Origin: an uncultured Planctomycetaceae bacterium
GTDB taxonomy: Bacteria > Planctomycetota > Planctomycetia > Pirellulales > PALSA-1355
Direction: 5' to 3'
Assembly (NCBI GenBank): GCA_963785305.1
Contig: CAWAUV010000009.1
Span: 64,001-128,000, forward strand
DNA length: 64,000 nucleotides
Shown here: piece after piece, positions 41,253-53,088 of the stretch
How positions within the stretch are numbered: the first letter of the stretch is position 1
How the letters are laid out: every line of letters starts with the position of its first letter
Translations under genes and position numbers: made by a program
The notes under the pieces: generated by a model
Seen by the model: the letters and a program-made list of their open reading frames with translations, nothing else
Database searches by the model: none
What the model was told of the DNA's origin: nothing

Positions 41253-41280
41253 ATTTTATGCCCTGCAAACCGCCTGTCAA
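41253..41280 (-). promoter_or_regulatory. sigma70 promoter of tRNA-Ile
   Basis: Minus strand TTGACA, 16 bp spacer, TAAAAT. Confidence 0.65.
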
Positions 41281-41409
41281 TTTCTCCTCGCCTAGTCCGC
41301 GGAGCGGCGGAGCCACTTCGGCGGGGCCGCCGGGCCGATTACGCGGGGGGCGAGGGTCGTAGCGGGGGGGCGACCGGCGTTTCGGCGGGAATCCTCCCGG
41401 CAAGCGAGG

Positions 41410-41970
41410 TCAATCCTCCATCACCTCGCGTTCCTTGAAACTGGCCAAGTTCGAGGCGATCAGCTCGAATTTCTTGGTCAATTCCTGGATTTCGTCTTTC
41501 GCTTTCTTGCAATCGTCCTCGGTCAGCTCTTTCTCTTTCTCGCCGGCGTCGGCCGCCTTGTTGCCATCGCGACGCACATTTCGCACCGCGACCTTCGCTT
41601 CCTCGGTCAGTTCCTTGATGCGCGCCACGAGCTTGCGGCGCACTTCGGTCGAAAGCGGCGGCACATTGATGCGAATCAGCCGCCCATCGTTCTGCGGATT
41701 GAAACCAAGTCCGCTCGCCTGGATGCCTTTTTCAATGTCCTTGAGCGTGCCCGGATCGAACGGGCGCACGACGATCTGAGTCGGCTCCGGGCAACTAATC
41801 GAGGCGATGCCCTTGATCGGCGTCGGCGAGCCGTAGATTTCCACGCGGAGCGAGTCGACGAGTCCCGGGCTCGCGCGGCCGGTGCGGATGCCGGCCAGCG
41901 CATTTTTCAAAACGGCGATCGCCTTTTCCATTCGCTCTTCGGTGTCGAGCAAGATGTCGTCGGAGGTCAT
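41410..41970 (-). CDS. frr: Ribosome recycling factor
   Basis: IRTGRASP, NPQNDG, PPLSTEVR, KVAVRNVRR; follows pyrH. Confidence 0.96.
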   Translation of the reverse strand: MTSDDILLDTEERMEKAIAVLKNALAGIRTGRASPGLVDSLRVEIYGSPTPIKGIASISCPEPTQIVVRPFDPGTLKDIEKGIQASGLGFNPQNDGRLIRINVPPLSTEVRRKLVARIKELTEEAKVAVRNVRRDGNKAADAGEKEKELTEDDCKKAKDEIQELTKKFELIASNLASFKEREVMED

Positions 41971-41983
41971 GAGTGGAGACGCC

Positions 41984-42746
41984 CTATTTGTGAACCATTT
42001 GGCGGCTGCTGATAAACGTGCCCAGCCGGTCGCCGCTGACGGCCCGCTCGATATTGCCTTCCTTGCGGAAGTTGAACACCAGAATCGGCATATCGTGCTC
42101 CATGCACTGGGCGATGGCCGTGGGGTCCATCACGCGCAGGTTTTGCTCGCGCACTTGCTGGAAGCTCAATTCGCTGTAGAGCACGGCATGGGGATTCTTT
42201 TCCGGGTCTTCGCTATACACGCCATCGACTCGCGTGGCCTTCATCAAGATATCGGCTTCGAGCTCGAGGCGCTCGCTGGGCCGCGGCGGTGTCGGTCGTG
42301 ACAAAGGGGCTGCCGGTGCCGGCGGCCAAAATCACGATGCGACCTTTTTCCAAATGCCGCTGGGCTCGCCGCCGAATATACGGCTCGGCCACGCCGTCCA
42401 TGCGAATCGCCGTGAGCAGCCGGGTCTGGCAGCCGAGGCTTTCGAGCCCATCTTGCAGCGCGAGTCCATTGATCACCGTGGCCAACATGCCCATGTAATG
42501 GGCCGTGGCCTCCTGGATGATCGAGTTCTTGGCCGTGAACTGGGCGCCGCGCAGGATATTGCCACCGCCGATCACGATCGCGATCTCGACGCCGCGCTGG
42601 GCGGCGCGATAGGTTTGCCTGGCGATCAGGCTCACCTCGTCCATGCTGATGCCTCGCTCGCCGACGCGCACGAAGCTCTCGCCCGACAATTTGAGCACGA
42701 TCCGTTTGTAAGGCAGCGGCACGCTCGCCCCGGCAGCATCGGCCAT
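41984..42746 (-). CDS. pyrH: UMP kinase (one extra base near 42269)
   Basis: [27 protein letters not shown] then [17 protein letters not shown] in the shifted frame. Confidence 0.93.
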
Positions 42747-42845
42747 GCGAATGACTCCCCCCGCTCTAGAACCGCGGCATGCCGCCGCGGGGCCTTGCGG
42801 GACGTTAAAAAAATACTCGCCCTCGTGGTGATCGCATCCGGTCGC

Positions 42846-43673
42846 TTACTTGCCCAGCTCCCAGTGGACGAATCGCACCACCTTGATCTTGGCTCCGCTC
42901 GCGAGCTTGCCCACGGTCAGGGCGCTGTCCTTGACGAACGGCTGTTCGAGCAAGGCGTGTTCGGCGAAAAAATTCTTCAACCGGCCCTCGACCATCTTGG
43001 CGATGATCGCCTCGGGCTTGCCTTCGCCCTTGGCCGCTTCGCTGAGAATCTCGCGTTCCTTGGCCACTGCCGCCGGATCGACATCTTCCTTCGACACATA
43101 GCGAGGCTTCATGGCCACCACATGCATCGCCACATCCTTGGCCGCTTCCGCCGAGCTGCCCGAAATCTCGACCAGCGAGGCCGCCGTGCCGTCGTGATGC
43201 GCATAAGCCCCGCAGGGACCATCGATCCTCACGATGCGAGTCACATGCATCACTTCGCGAATCCGATTGAACATATCATCTTTTTGTTCGCCCAGGGACT
43301 TGCCGGCCAGCGCGACCGAGGGCTGCTTGAGCAGGTCGTCGGGCGACTTGGCGCCGGGGCCCACGGCCAACTGCTTGGCCACATCGCTCACGAACTGGCG
43401 AAACTCGGGGCTGTTCGCCACCGGCGCGCTCTCGCACATCACCTCGACCATCGCTCCGACCTTGAGCTCCAGATCGGCAAACACGGCGATGCGGCCGCAC
43501 TCGGTGGCCCGATCGATGCGGCTTTCCTTGGTCTTGATCCCCTGTTTGCGGAGCCATTCGACCGCGGCGTCTTCGTCGCCTCCGGTCTCGCGGAGCGCTT
43601 TTTTGCATTCCATCATCGGCAGGCCGGTCTTGCCGCGAAGCGACATGACCGAGGCGGCTGAAATTTCAGACAT
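42846..43673 (-). CDS. tsf: Translation elongation factor Ts
   Basis: LRGKTGLPMMECKKAL, LLEQPFVKD; between rpsB and pyrH. Confidence 0.96.
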   Translation of the reverse strand: MSEISAASVMSLRGKTGLPMMECKKALRETGGDEDAAVEWLRKQGIKTKESRIDRATECGRIAVFADLELKVGAMVEVMCESAPVANSPEFRQFVSDVAKQLAVGPGAKSPDDLLKQPSVALAGKSLGEQKDDMFNRIREVMHVTRIVRIDGPCGAYAHHDGTAASLVEISGSSAEAAKDVAMHVVAMKPRYVSKEDVDPAAVAKEREILSEAAKGEGKPEAIIAKMVEGRLKNFFAEHALLEQPFVKDSALTVGKLASGAKIKVVRFVHWELGK

Positions 43674-43957
43674 GATCAGGGTCCCTCTTGAGAAAATCGT
43701 GTAAATGGGGTCGGGGGCCACGCGGCGCGAGTCGTTCCCCACGCATTTCTTATGGCCGGTCCCAACGCCCTGGATTGCATTTCGACGAGCATCGCCACGC
43801 GACAGTTGAAATGCCGGGCCGCGTTCGTCTCGCGCGCGCCACGCCCCGGTGGACGGTGGGCACGGCAGGCACGCGAACCGGCTTATCCATCATTTCAGCC
43901 GTCATGGAGCCCTAGGTCGCCGTCAACCAAATAATCGACGGCCAACCAAACCAGTTG

Positions 43958-44716
43958 TCAGTCCTTGGCTTCGGCCGGCTCCCGCATTCGGCTCGGCGCC
44001 GCTCCGTTGCTCTTTTGCGATTCCACATCGGCGCCCGAGGCGCGGCCTTCGAGCACGGCGTCGGCCAAATGCTGCACGATCAGTTCGATCGAGCGAATGC
44101 TGTCGTCGTTGCCCGGAATCGGCAGATCGACCATATCGGGATCGCTATCGGTATCGATCAGCGACACGGTGACCACGCCCAGTTTTTGGGCTTCGATCAC
44201 GGCGTTTTTTTCCTTCTTGGGGTCGATCACCACCAAGCATTCCGGCAGGCGATTCATGGTGCGCATGCCGTTCAGGTTGCGATACATCTTGCGATATTCG
44301 CGATTGAGCGCCGATTGCATTTTTTTGGAGTAGGCCCCGAGTTCCTCGCCGCTCCGCAGCTTTTCGAGTTCCTCGAGCCGAGCCAAGCGGTTGCGGATCG
44401 TGCGGAAGTTGGTCAGGGTGCCGCCCAGCCAGCGATCCGAGACAAACGGCATTCCACAGCGGAGCGCTTCCCGCTCGACCGTCTCCGTGGCTTGCCGCTT
44501 GGTCCCGACGAACAGCACGAGCCCGTTGCCGGCGGCGACTTGCTTGAGATATTTCTTGGCCCGCAAGAGGCCGCGCACCGTTTGGCGCACATCGATAATG
44601 TGGATGAGGTTTTGGCGCGCATAGATATACGGCCGCATCTTGGGGTTCCAACGACTGGCTCGGTGGCCGAAGTGGACGCCCGCCTCGATCAAATCCTTGA
44701 CTAGCACTTGAGACAC
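43958..44716 (-). CDS. rpsB: 30S ribosomal protein S2
   Basis: [32 protein letters not shown]. Confidence 0.97.
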   Translation of the reverse strand: MSQVLVKDLIEAGVHFGHRASRWNPKMRPYIYARQNLIHIIDVRQTVRGLLRAKKYLKQVAAGNGLVLFVGTKRQATETVEREALRCGMPFVSDRWLGGTLTNFRTIRNRLARLEELEKLRSGEELGAYSKKMQSALNREYRKMYRNLNGMRTMNRLPECLVVIDPKKEKNAVIEAQKLGVVTVSLIDTDSDPDMVDLPIPGNDDSIRSIELIVQHLADAVLEGRASGADVESQKSNGAAPSRMREPAEAKD

Positions 44717-44943
44717 GAAAACGCTCCTTGACTATCGGGCACACCGGCTATGTCCTTTCCCGCCATGGGGCCCTCGCGGCGCCGAATCCGGGGCCGCGAG
44801 CGAGGCATTGGCTTGGGGAGGCGTCCGGCGTTCCAAAAAAACCGGTCGGTGTTGCAATCGCGCCGCCCACCCATGGGCCGCGCCCTTCGCCCGCCGCCGG
44901 GCTATTCCGAGCCCGCCGGACCGTGCGGCGGAGCAAGCCCAGC

Positions 44944-44972
44944 AGTTTACCGCAATCCGAGTCAAGTGACAA
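44944..44972 (-). promoter_or_regulatory. sigma70-like promoter of the rpsB operon
   Basis: Minus strand TTGTCA, 17 bp spacer, TAAACT. Confidence 0.55.
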
Positions 44973-45175
44973 TCCCGCCGAAAAAAACGGCGAACGCGTA
45001 AAATGCATGCAAGTTTCGGTCCGCTCCAGCGCGGGGGCGGTTCCCCCGATTATGACCGGCTTCGCGGCCCGCCTATTATGAATTGACAATGCGTCGGTCG
45101 CTGGCCAACAATGCGACTCCACTGGCTTGCCATCGCCAGTGCCATTTACCACTCCCAGAGCCCCTTGGGCGCAAT

Positions 45176-46438
<1,263 letters not shown>

Positions 46439-46506
46439 GTGTCATTCCCCGGGAGTCTCGCCGTTCGTGCGTCTCGCCCCGTAAACACAACCCCTGGGCA
46501 AGCGAC

Positions 46507-47393
46507 ATGCCTCTTGCTTCTCCCGGCCGGCGCTGCGCGACGCGGCCAAGGATGTGACGATTCAGATCCCCGGCGCCTTCAACGCCCTGGTGGCGCGCAT
46601 GGCTGAATCGGCCGGGTTCGACGCCGTGTATCTTTCCGGCGCGGCGCTCTCGGCCGGCGTGATGGGGCTTCCCGACGTGGGACTCTTTAGCCTCACGGAG
46701 CTCGCCCAACAGACGGCCTATCTGGCCCATCGGGTCGAGATTCCGGTGCTGGTCGACGCCGACACCGGCTTTGGCGCGGCGGTGCATGTCGAGCGCACGA
46801 TCGTGGAGCTCGAAGCGGCCGGGGCCGCCGCGATTCAGCTCGAGGATCAGCTTTTCCCGAAGCGCTGCGGCCACTTGACCGGCAAGTCGCTGATCGATGC
46901 CGGCGATATGTGCGCCAAGCTTCGCGCCGCCGCCGCCGCTCGGCGAGATCCGGACCTGGTGATCCTGGCGCGCACCGATGCCCGCGGCGTGACCGGCTTC
47001 AACGACGCGGTCGAACGCGCCAAGCGGTATCTCGACGCCGGCGCCGATTGGATTTTTCCCGAAGCGCTCGCCGATCGCGATGAATTCGAGCGATTTGCCC
47101 GGGCCGTCGACGCCCCGCTGGTGGCCAATATGACCGAGTTCGGCAAGAGTCCGCTCTTGACACTCGACGAGTTAAGCGTCCTGGGCTATGCCGCCGTGAT
47201 CTATCCGGTCACGCTGTTGCGGATCGCCATGAAAGCGGTCGAGGCATCCCTGGCGATGCTGGCCAACGATGGCACTCAAAGCGAACTGCTCGATCTGATG
47301 CAAACTCGCCAAGAGCTGTACGACCTGATCGACTATCAGGACTACGAAGAGCGCGACCGCGCGTATTTCGCCCCGACCCAAGACATCGAATGA
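46507..47393 (+). CDS. prpB: Methylisocitrate lyase / isocitrate lyase-PEP mutase family (indel near 46530)
   Basis: GLPDVG, VDADTGFG, EDQ..PKRCGH, ARTDA, IFPEAL, ANMTEFGKSP. Confidence 0.85.
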
Positions 47394-47441
47394 AACCCGC
47401 GAAGTGGCGATGAGCCGCCCGACGGGCACGCGCCGCCATGA

Positions 47442-48869
47442 TTAGTCCCACACGAGGCCCTTGCCCGTGATCGTCACCGCGGTTTCGGCCTCGGGGCGGG
47501 GCTGATCGAGCATGATCAAGAGCGAGGCGTCGCCCTTTTTAAACTCCGTCATGCCGCCGCCTTCCGTAATGAGCGAGGCGTCGCTCTTTTCGAGCCAGCC
47601 GGTCGCGTTGAGATTGTGCCGCAACTTGGAAATCACCTTGTCGACGGAAGCCTCGCAGTTGAACGTGATCTCTTGTTTGCCCGGCGAGAACTTGAGATGG
47701 CGGTTGTCGTTGGGCAACGGCAGGCGGCGGGCAAAAACCGGCGCGGCCGTGGAATCCGACGTCGTTTCCCGTTCGGCCGCGTTTTTGTCGGCCAACTGCT
47801 CCGCCGACATGCCATGCAGCGAGACCGAAATCGTGGGTCCCTTGCTCACCAGGCTCACGAGCACCATGCTGCGGTCGTCGCCATCGAAGCGGAGCAGTTT
47901 TTCGTCGGCGGCGCCGCTCGAGGCGGCCGATGCCTTGAATCCAAGAGTCGGCATTTCTTGCCGATAGAATTCGATCACGGCTTCGGCGCCGCCCTGAATC
48001 AGACAGCGCGCCTGCCACTTCGCGTCGTCGAGCTCCACGTCCGCGGCGCCGGGCGGAGTGGGAGTCGCGTGCGCCGCGTGGCACACGCTGTAGCTCACCC
48101 GGGTTTTGCCGCCTTTCTCCGGCGGCCCCACGATCGTCACCGTGAGCCGATTGCGCGACTGGCGAAACCAAAGGGTGCGCGAGCCCTGCCTGCTGGCCGG
48201 CGCGTCGAGTTCTCGATAGGCTTGCCAGCCGGCGGCGACTAGAAGCCGCGAGATCGCGTCGGCCGTGGCCGCCAGCGGCTCGCGAGCCAGGAACACGGTC
48301 AGCGGCCGGCTACTCGAGGTGACTTCGCTTGTCGCGGGCCGAGGCAGCGAATCAGTATCCAGCTCGCCGCGGTCGCGGAGCGCGATTTCACACTTGCCGG
48401 GAGATTCGCTCTCCACGGCGCTGAGCGATACGGTCGAGCCCGACTTTTCGAAATAAGCCCGGACCTTGCCGTTGGCCGATTTTTTGCTGGCGGCGACGAT
48501 CGTCCATCCATCGCGAGCGAGCGCTTGGTAATAAAAGTCGAAGGCAACCGGCGGCGTGAGGGGGACCGTGACCTCGATCTCGGCTGCGGTGCGAACCACG
48601 CAGTGCGCTCCGGCCGGCGTCACATATTGCCGCAGGTCCAAAATCGATTCGCGATTCCGCTCAGGCCGCGCGGCTTCGGTTTTCCCAGGTGCTTTGGCGA
48701 CCGCGGCGCGAGGCGGTGGAGACATTTTGCCGGAGTCGCCGGCCACGGGCGCTGACTCGGCCGCCACGATTCGAGGACACGCGACCCCAGCAAGCGCGAG
48801 CAGCCAGCCGGCGGCGAGGGCCGCGATCGGTCCGATGATTGGAATGCTTGCCGCGCGGAAGTGTGTCAT
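47442..48869 (-). CDS. Exported hypothetical protein with four internal repeats
   Basis: Signal-like N-terminus; repeats FYYQALARDGW, ISRLLVAAGW, FYRQEMPTLGF, LRHNLNATGW. Confidence 0.65.
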   Translation of the reverse strand: MTHFRAASIPIIGPIAALAAGWLLALAGVACPRIVAAESAPVAGDSGKMSPPPRAAVAKAPGKTEAARPERNRESILDLRQYVTPAGAHCVVRTAAEIEVTVPLTPPVAFDFYYQALARDGWTIVAASKKSANGKVRAYFEKSGSTVSLSAVESESPGKCEIALRDRGELDTDSLPRPATSEVTSSSRPLTVFLAREPLAATADAISRLLVAAGWQAYRELDAPASRQGSRTLWFRQSRNRLTVTIVGPPEKGGKTRVSYSVCHAAHATPTPPGAADVELDDAKWQARCLIQGGAEAVIEFYRQEMPTLGFKASAASSGAADEKLLRFDGDDRSMVLVSLVSKGPTISVSLHGMSAEQLADKNAAERETTSDSTAAPVFARRLPLPNDNRHLKFSPGKQEITFNCEASVDKVISKLRHNLNATGWLEKSDASLITEGGGMTEFKKGDASLLIMLDQPRPEAETAVTITGKGLVWD

Positions 48870-49202
48870 GCCGTCGCCAAGGGCTTTAGGAAGCGTCGCG
48901 TGCAAAAAAACTCTGCCTAGGCGTTCGGCGAAATAAGCGTCGTCGGTCGATCTTGGCCCCGGCGCGACCACGACCGAATCCGAGAGCGTCTAGCGGCCTC
49001 ACGCGCAATGAGATTGGAGCGCCGACAGCGGTTCCGACGCCATCGACCATCGAGAGGAGTCCACCATGACTCGACTCACCTATCATTGCCAACAGATGCC
49101 CGATGCGCCAAGACGCCAAATGCCCCGTGGCGCGGGGAATGAGGAGAATAACGATTATCCGCGAGCCCAAACCACGAATCGCCGCGACTTCGCGCCGTTT
49201 TC

Positions 49203-50234
49203 TCACTGAGGTTGCTCGAGTTTGCCGAGGGTGGTGGCGGCGGCGCGACGCAGGTCGGCGTCGGTGTCTTCGCGAAGCATTTTCGAGAGCGCCGCGATCT
49301 CGCCCGGCGCCACGACGCCGATCTCGCCAAGCGAAAACACGGCCGCTCCGCGAACTTCGACCTCGGGGTCTTTGAGCGCTTCGACCAGCCCTTCCACGCC
49401 ATCGGCGGCCAAGGGACCGATTTCGCCCAGCGCTTCGGCGGCCAGAATGCGAGTCTCGATGTCTGGGTCCTTGAGCGCACCGGCCAAGGCCTTGGTCGCA
49501 TCCTTGGCCTCGGGTCCAAACTCGAACAGCGCCAGCGCCGCGGCGCGGCGGACCGTGACATCGGAATCTTTCAGTGTGCGCTCCAGCGGCACGACGGCCG
49601 CGCGAGCCACCCGGCCCAATTCGCCCAGGGCATAGGCCGCCGCGGAACGCACCCCGGGCTCGGGGTCGGACAAGTACTCGATGAGCGCTTTGACATGCGG
49701 AGTCTCGCTCGTATCGAGCACGGCGAGCGCGCATTGCGCCGCGACCCCCGATAGTTTGTTTTCGTGTTTCGCAAGCTCGCCTAGCGGTCCGATCGAGGTC
49801 GCCGCCGCGACCGCCCCTACCCGGGCGAGCGCCAGCGCGGCGGCGGCGCGCACTTCGGCATTGTCGTCTTTCAGCAGCAGGATGAGGCCCGGGGCCGCGG
49901 CGACGCGATCTTTGCCGATCCGTCCGATCGCCACCGCGGCCGCGCCGCGAAGATCGACATCCGGGTCCTTGAGCAACTCCGCCAAGCCGGGCAGCGCGGC
50001 GACCGCGTCGGGCCCTATTCGGCCCAGCGAAAGCACGGCGCTTTTGCGAACTTCAACATCCTTGTCCTTGAGGGCGCCGATCAGCGCGGCGGTTCCGGTC
50101 GAAGGCGTGTCGGCGCCGGCCGCGGGCGGATCGTCGGCCGCGAGCGCCGGACTGGCCAGAAACAGCAGCGCCAAGCCGAGCCAAACCGCCGCCGGGCGAA
50201 ATGCGGCCCATGATGTCGAAACAAGCGCGTTCAT
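49203..50234 (-). CDS. Exported HEAT-repeat protein
   Basis: Signal peptide ending SPALA; about 8 repeats of L..ALKDPD..VR..AA..LG.IG. Confidence 0.85.
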   Translation of the reverse strand: MNALVSTSWAAFRPAAVWLGLALLFLASPALAADDPPAAGADTPSTGTAALIGALKDKDVEVRKSAVLSLGRIGPDAVAALPGLAELLKDPDVDLRGAAAVAIGRIGKDRVAAAPGLILLLKDDNAEVRAAAALALARVGAVAAATSIGPLGELAKHENKLSGVAAQCALAVLDTSETPHVKALIEYLSDPEPGVRSAAAYALGELGRVARAAVVPLERTLKDSDVTVRRAAALALFEFGPEAKDATKALAGALKDPDIETRILAAEALGEIGPLAADGVEGLVEALKDPEVEVRGAAVFSLGEIGVVAPGEIAALSKMLREDTDADLRRAAATTLGKLEQPQ

Positions 50235-50491
50235 GCCATGCTCCCCAGGATATTGCAAATCGCGAGGCTGTTGGCCTCGCTGATGGTGGGCGGTAAACGT
50301 GGGCGCTAAAACAAGTGTAGCTTATCGCCGAGCCGGTGGAAAAAGCTGGTTCGTCAATACAAGTGCCCGCCCTTGGGACGATGAATCCCAAGGGCGGGCG
50401 AAAAAAATCGACTCCGTGGCGGGCGGACTCCGAGAAATCGCATTGCGATCACTGCTGGCCCGCCGCGGCGCCAAGCCGCGCGACACGAAAT

Positions 50492-52156
50492 TTAACGATC
50501 GTGTCCGTGGCCATGATGATGCGACTGATGACCATGTTCGCCTTGGCAATGGCCGCCATGCTCATGGGATCCATGATGCGGATGGCCAAAGCTGGCGAAG
50601 GCGAACTGGTGTTGGCCGTGGCCATGCGCGGGACCATGACCGCCGCCATGCCCCCAGGCGCCATGATGGCCATGATGCCCGGCGAACTGCATGCCGTGGC
50701 CGTGGTGGCCATGATGCGACGCCATCTGCATGCCGTGGCCGTGATGGCCGTGGTGAGCATGATGGCCGTGATGACCATGATGCGACGCCATCTGCATGCC
50801 GTGGCCGTGATGGCCGTGGTGAGCATGATGGCCGTGATGACCATGATGCGACGCCATCTGCATGCCGTGGCCATGATGGCCGTGGTGAGCATGATGGCCG
50901 TGATGACCATGATGCGACGCCATCTGCATGCCGTGGCCGTGATGGCCGTGGTGAGCATGATGGCCGTGATGACCATGATGCGACGCCATCTGCATGCCGT
51001 GGCCATGATGACCGTGGTGAGCATGATGGCCGTGATGACCATGATGCGACGCCATCTGCATGCCGTGGCCATGATGACCGTGGTGAGCATGATGGCCGTG
51101 ATGGCCATGATGCGACGCCATTTGCATGCCGTGGCCGTGATGGCCGTGGTGAGCATGATGGCCGTGGTGGCCATGATGCGAGGCCATTTGCATGCCGAAG
51201 CCGTGATGGCCATGCTGACCCATCGCGGCGCCGTGCGGACCATGCATCGGTCCACCGGCAAACCCGCCTCGCGGACCATGACCGGGACGCGGGCCGCCAT
51301 GATGCGAAGCTTGTTGGGCTTTACCATGCTCGCCGTGCCGCCAAGCGCCGTGGGAGTGTTCGCTAGGCCCACCCGGCCCACCGGCACCACCAGGTCCGGC
51401 GTGTGCCGCGTGACCAGCCGGCCCACCGTGACCGCCCGGCCCACCGGGTCCACCGTGACCACCCTGTCCGGGACCGTGGCCTGGGCCGCCCATCGCATGG
51501 CGCCCATGATGTTCGCCGCCGTCCTTCTTGGGCTTCTCGCCATCGGACTTCTTATCGCCCGACGGTTTCTTGTCGCCGTCTTTCTTATCTCCGTCCTCGG
51601 GGCGGAAACTGGCATGAAACGCCCGTCCCTGCCGCTCTCCGGAAAAATTACCCCAGCGAGCCCACGGGTAGCCCGGCCGGTTTTGAGGCCGACCAGACTC
51701 GCTGCCCACGTCCGTGGGTCGCTGGGGATTTTCCGAGTGATTTCCGCTCATCTCTCGATGCGGGCGACGCGCGTCGCCATGTTCTTGATTCGCGGCCTCG
51801 GGCCCGCGTCGCTCGAAGCGCGGATGATCGCCCATTTGAGAATCCCAACCGCGAAATCCGCGCGATCGGTCTCCCGGCCGGTCTCCACGATTATTACCGC
51901 CGCGATCGCTCGCGCCGCTTTTGCCGTCTTTCGACGCGCCGTCTTTCAACGCGCCGTCTTTCGACGCGCCGTCTTTCGACGCGCCGTCTTTCGACGCGCC
52001 GTCTTTCGACGCGCCGTCTTTCGACGCGCCGTCTTTCGACGCGCCGTCTTTCGACGCGCCGTCTTTCGACGCGCTGTCTTCGCTGCCATCATCGGCCCAT
52101 GCCGGACTTGCCATGAGAAGCACAAGTCCTATACATCCGCCCCAAACCCTCAACAT
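50492..52156 (-). CDS. Exported His/Met-rich tandem-repeat protein
   Basis: AAGGAG RBS 6 nt before ATG 52156; signal peptide MLRVWGGCIGLVLLMASPAWA; ASKDG repeats; GMQMASHHGHHGHHAHHGHHGH repeats. Confidence 0.8.
   Translation of the reverse strand: MLRVWGGCIGLVLLMASPAWADDGSEDSASKDGASKDGASKDGASKDGASKDGASKDGASKDGASKDGALKDGASKDGKSGASDRGGNNRGDRPGDRSRGFRGWDSQMGDHPRFERRGPEAANQEHGDARRPHREMSGNHSENPQRPTDVGSESGRPQNRPGYPWARWGNFSGERQGRAFHASFRPEDGDKKDGDKKPSGDKKSDGEKPKKDGGEHHGRHAMGGPGHGPGQGGHGGPGGPGGHGGPAGHAAHAGPGGAGGPGGPSEHSHGAWRHGEHGKAQQASHHGGPRPGHGPRGGFAGGPMHGPHGAAMGQHGHHGFGMQMASHHGHHGHHAHHGHHGHGMQMASHHGHHGHHAHHGHHGHGMQMASHHGHHGHHAHHGHHGHGMQMASHHGHHGHHAHHGHHGHGMQMASHHGHHGHHAHHGHHGHGMQMASHHGHHGHHAHHGHHGHGMQMASHHGHHGHHAHHGHHGHGMQMASHHGHHGHGMQFAGHHGHHGAWGHGGGHGPAHGHGQHQFAFASFGHPHHGSHEHGGHCQGEHGHQSHHHGHGHDR
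50688..51197 (-). repeat. 66-bp coding tandem repeat, 7 full units plus a partial
   Basis: TGCGA(C/G)GCCAT recurs at 50715, 50781, 50847, 50913, 50979, 51045, 51111 and 51177. Confidence 0.95.
51923..52072 (-). repeat. 15-bp coding tandem repeat x10 (ASKDG)
   Basis: GCCGTCTTTCGACGC x10, one variant unit. Confidence 0.95.
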
Positions 52157-52293
52157 AGTCATCTCCTTAAGCCTGTCGTGTTCGATCAATTCGTGTCGCG
52201 CGTCTACGATCGCGCGAGCCGCCCGCTCTCGGTCCTTGACTTGCCGCTTGCGATCGCCGGCGGGGTAGCGCCCCCTCGCGCCAGCAACCGATC

Positions 52294-52986
52294 TTACAGA
52301 TTGTTTCCACTGCTGGCGCCGCCGGGGCCACCGCCGCGCCGACCACCGCCTGGACCACCGCCACCGCCAAAGCCGCCGCGACCGAATTGCAGTTCGCCCT
52401 TGAACGGCTCGCCGGTCATTTCGTTCCACTTGGTCTTTTGCTCGTCGGTGAAAACACCCATCACTTTGTCCATTGAGCCCTTGCGGAGATCAGCCATCTT
52501 CTTGGCCGCCGCGGCGCGATCGCCGCCACCCATTGCGTCGCGAGCGCTGTTTCGCAGGTCCCGATTGATTTCGGTGATTTTTTCCTTTTGCTCGTCGGTG
52601 AGACCAAGCGTCGAGGCCACTTCGGAATCTTGCAAAGCGCGAGGGCCAGCCGCTTGAATCGCTATCTGGCGCAGGCGAACCATCTGCTCGCTGCTGAGGG
52701 TCGAGGTCAAGAGCTTATCGTTCGCGGAGCGCAGTTCCGCCATCTTGGCGCGGCGATCGTCTTCATTCATGTCGCGAAAGTTCCCCATCGATCCGCGCTG
52801 CTTTTCGCGAGCCTCGTCGATCGCCTTGACCTTTTCCGCGGATAACTTAAGGTCTTCTTGCACGGACTTCTGTCCAGCGACGCCCATTAACTCCAGTCCG
52901 CGACCGGGAGGTTGTTGGGAACAAGCGGGCGCCGCGATAAGAGTCGTCATGGCGCCAACCAAAAGCGCGGTGGCAAAGCGATTCAT
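52294..52986 (-). CDS. Exported Spy/CpxP-like (LTxxQ) helical protein
   Basis: Signal peptide; LSSEQ, LGLTDEQKEKI, VFTDEQKTKW; Gly-rich tail. Confidence 0.7.
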   Translation of the reverse strand: MNRFATALLVGAMTTLIAAPACSQQPPGRGLELMGVAGQKSVQEDLKLSAEKVKAIDEAREKQRGSMGNFRDMNEDDRRAKMAELRSANDKLLTSTLSSEQMVRLRQIAIQAAGPRALQDSEVASTLGLTDEQKEKITEINRDLRNSARDAMGGGDRAAAAKKMADLRKGSMDKVMGVFTDEQKTKWNEMTGEPFKGELQFGRGGFGGGGGPGGGRRGGGPGGASSGNNL

Positions 52987-53088
52987 ACATTTCCTCGTCG
53001 TGGTCATGGGTAGTGGGCAGAAACGGATTAAACGGTTTAGAGACTCTCCGAGAACTTCGGTGAGGCTATTAAGCAATTTCCCAAGCGA

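Noticed and set aside
42213..42304. Programmed frameshifting or pseudogenisation of pyrH, feoB and CA
   Set aside because: No slippery heptamers are evident, pyrH is essential, and the same error type affects the tRNA.
45085..45175. ZMP/ZTP riboswitch upstream of glyA
   Set aside because: Only fragments (CTGGC, TGGGC) resemble the motif; the conserved stems and pseudoknot cannot be built.
50688..52072. Regular repeats as a CRISPR array
   Set aside because: Units are head-to-tail with no unique spacers, lengths are multiples of 3 inside an ORF, and no cas genes are present.
50336..52657. 773-aa Met/Val/Ala-rich ORF on the + strand and other overlapping repeat ORFs
   Set aside because: These are antisense shadows of the His repeats. 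The minus-strand frame has the RBS, the signal peptide and the operon orientation.
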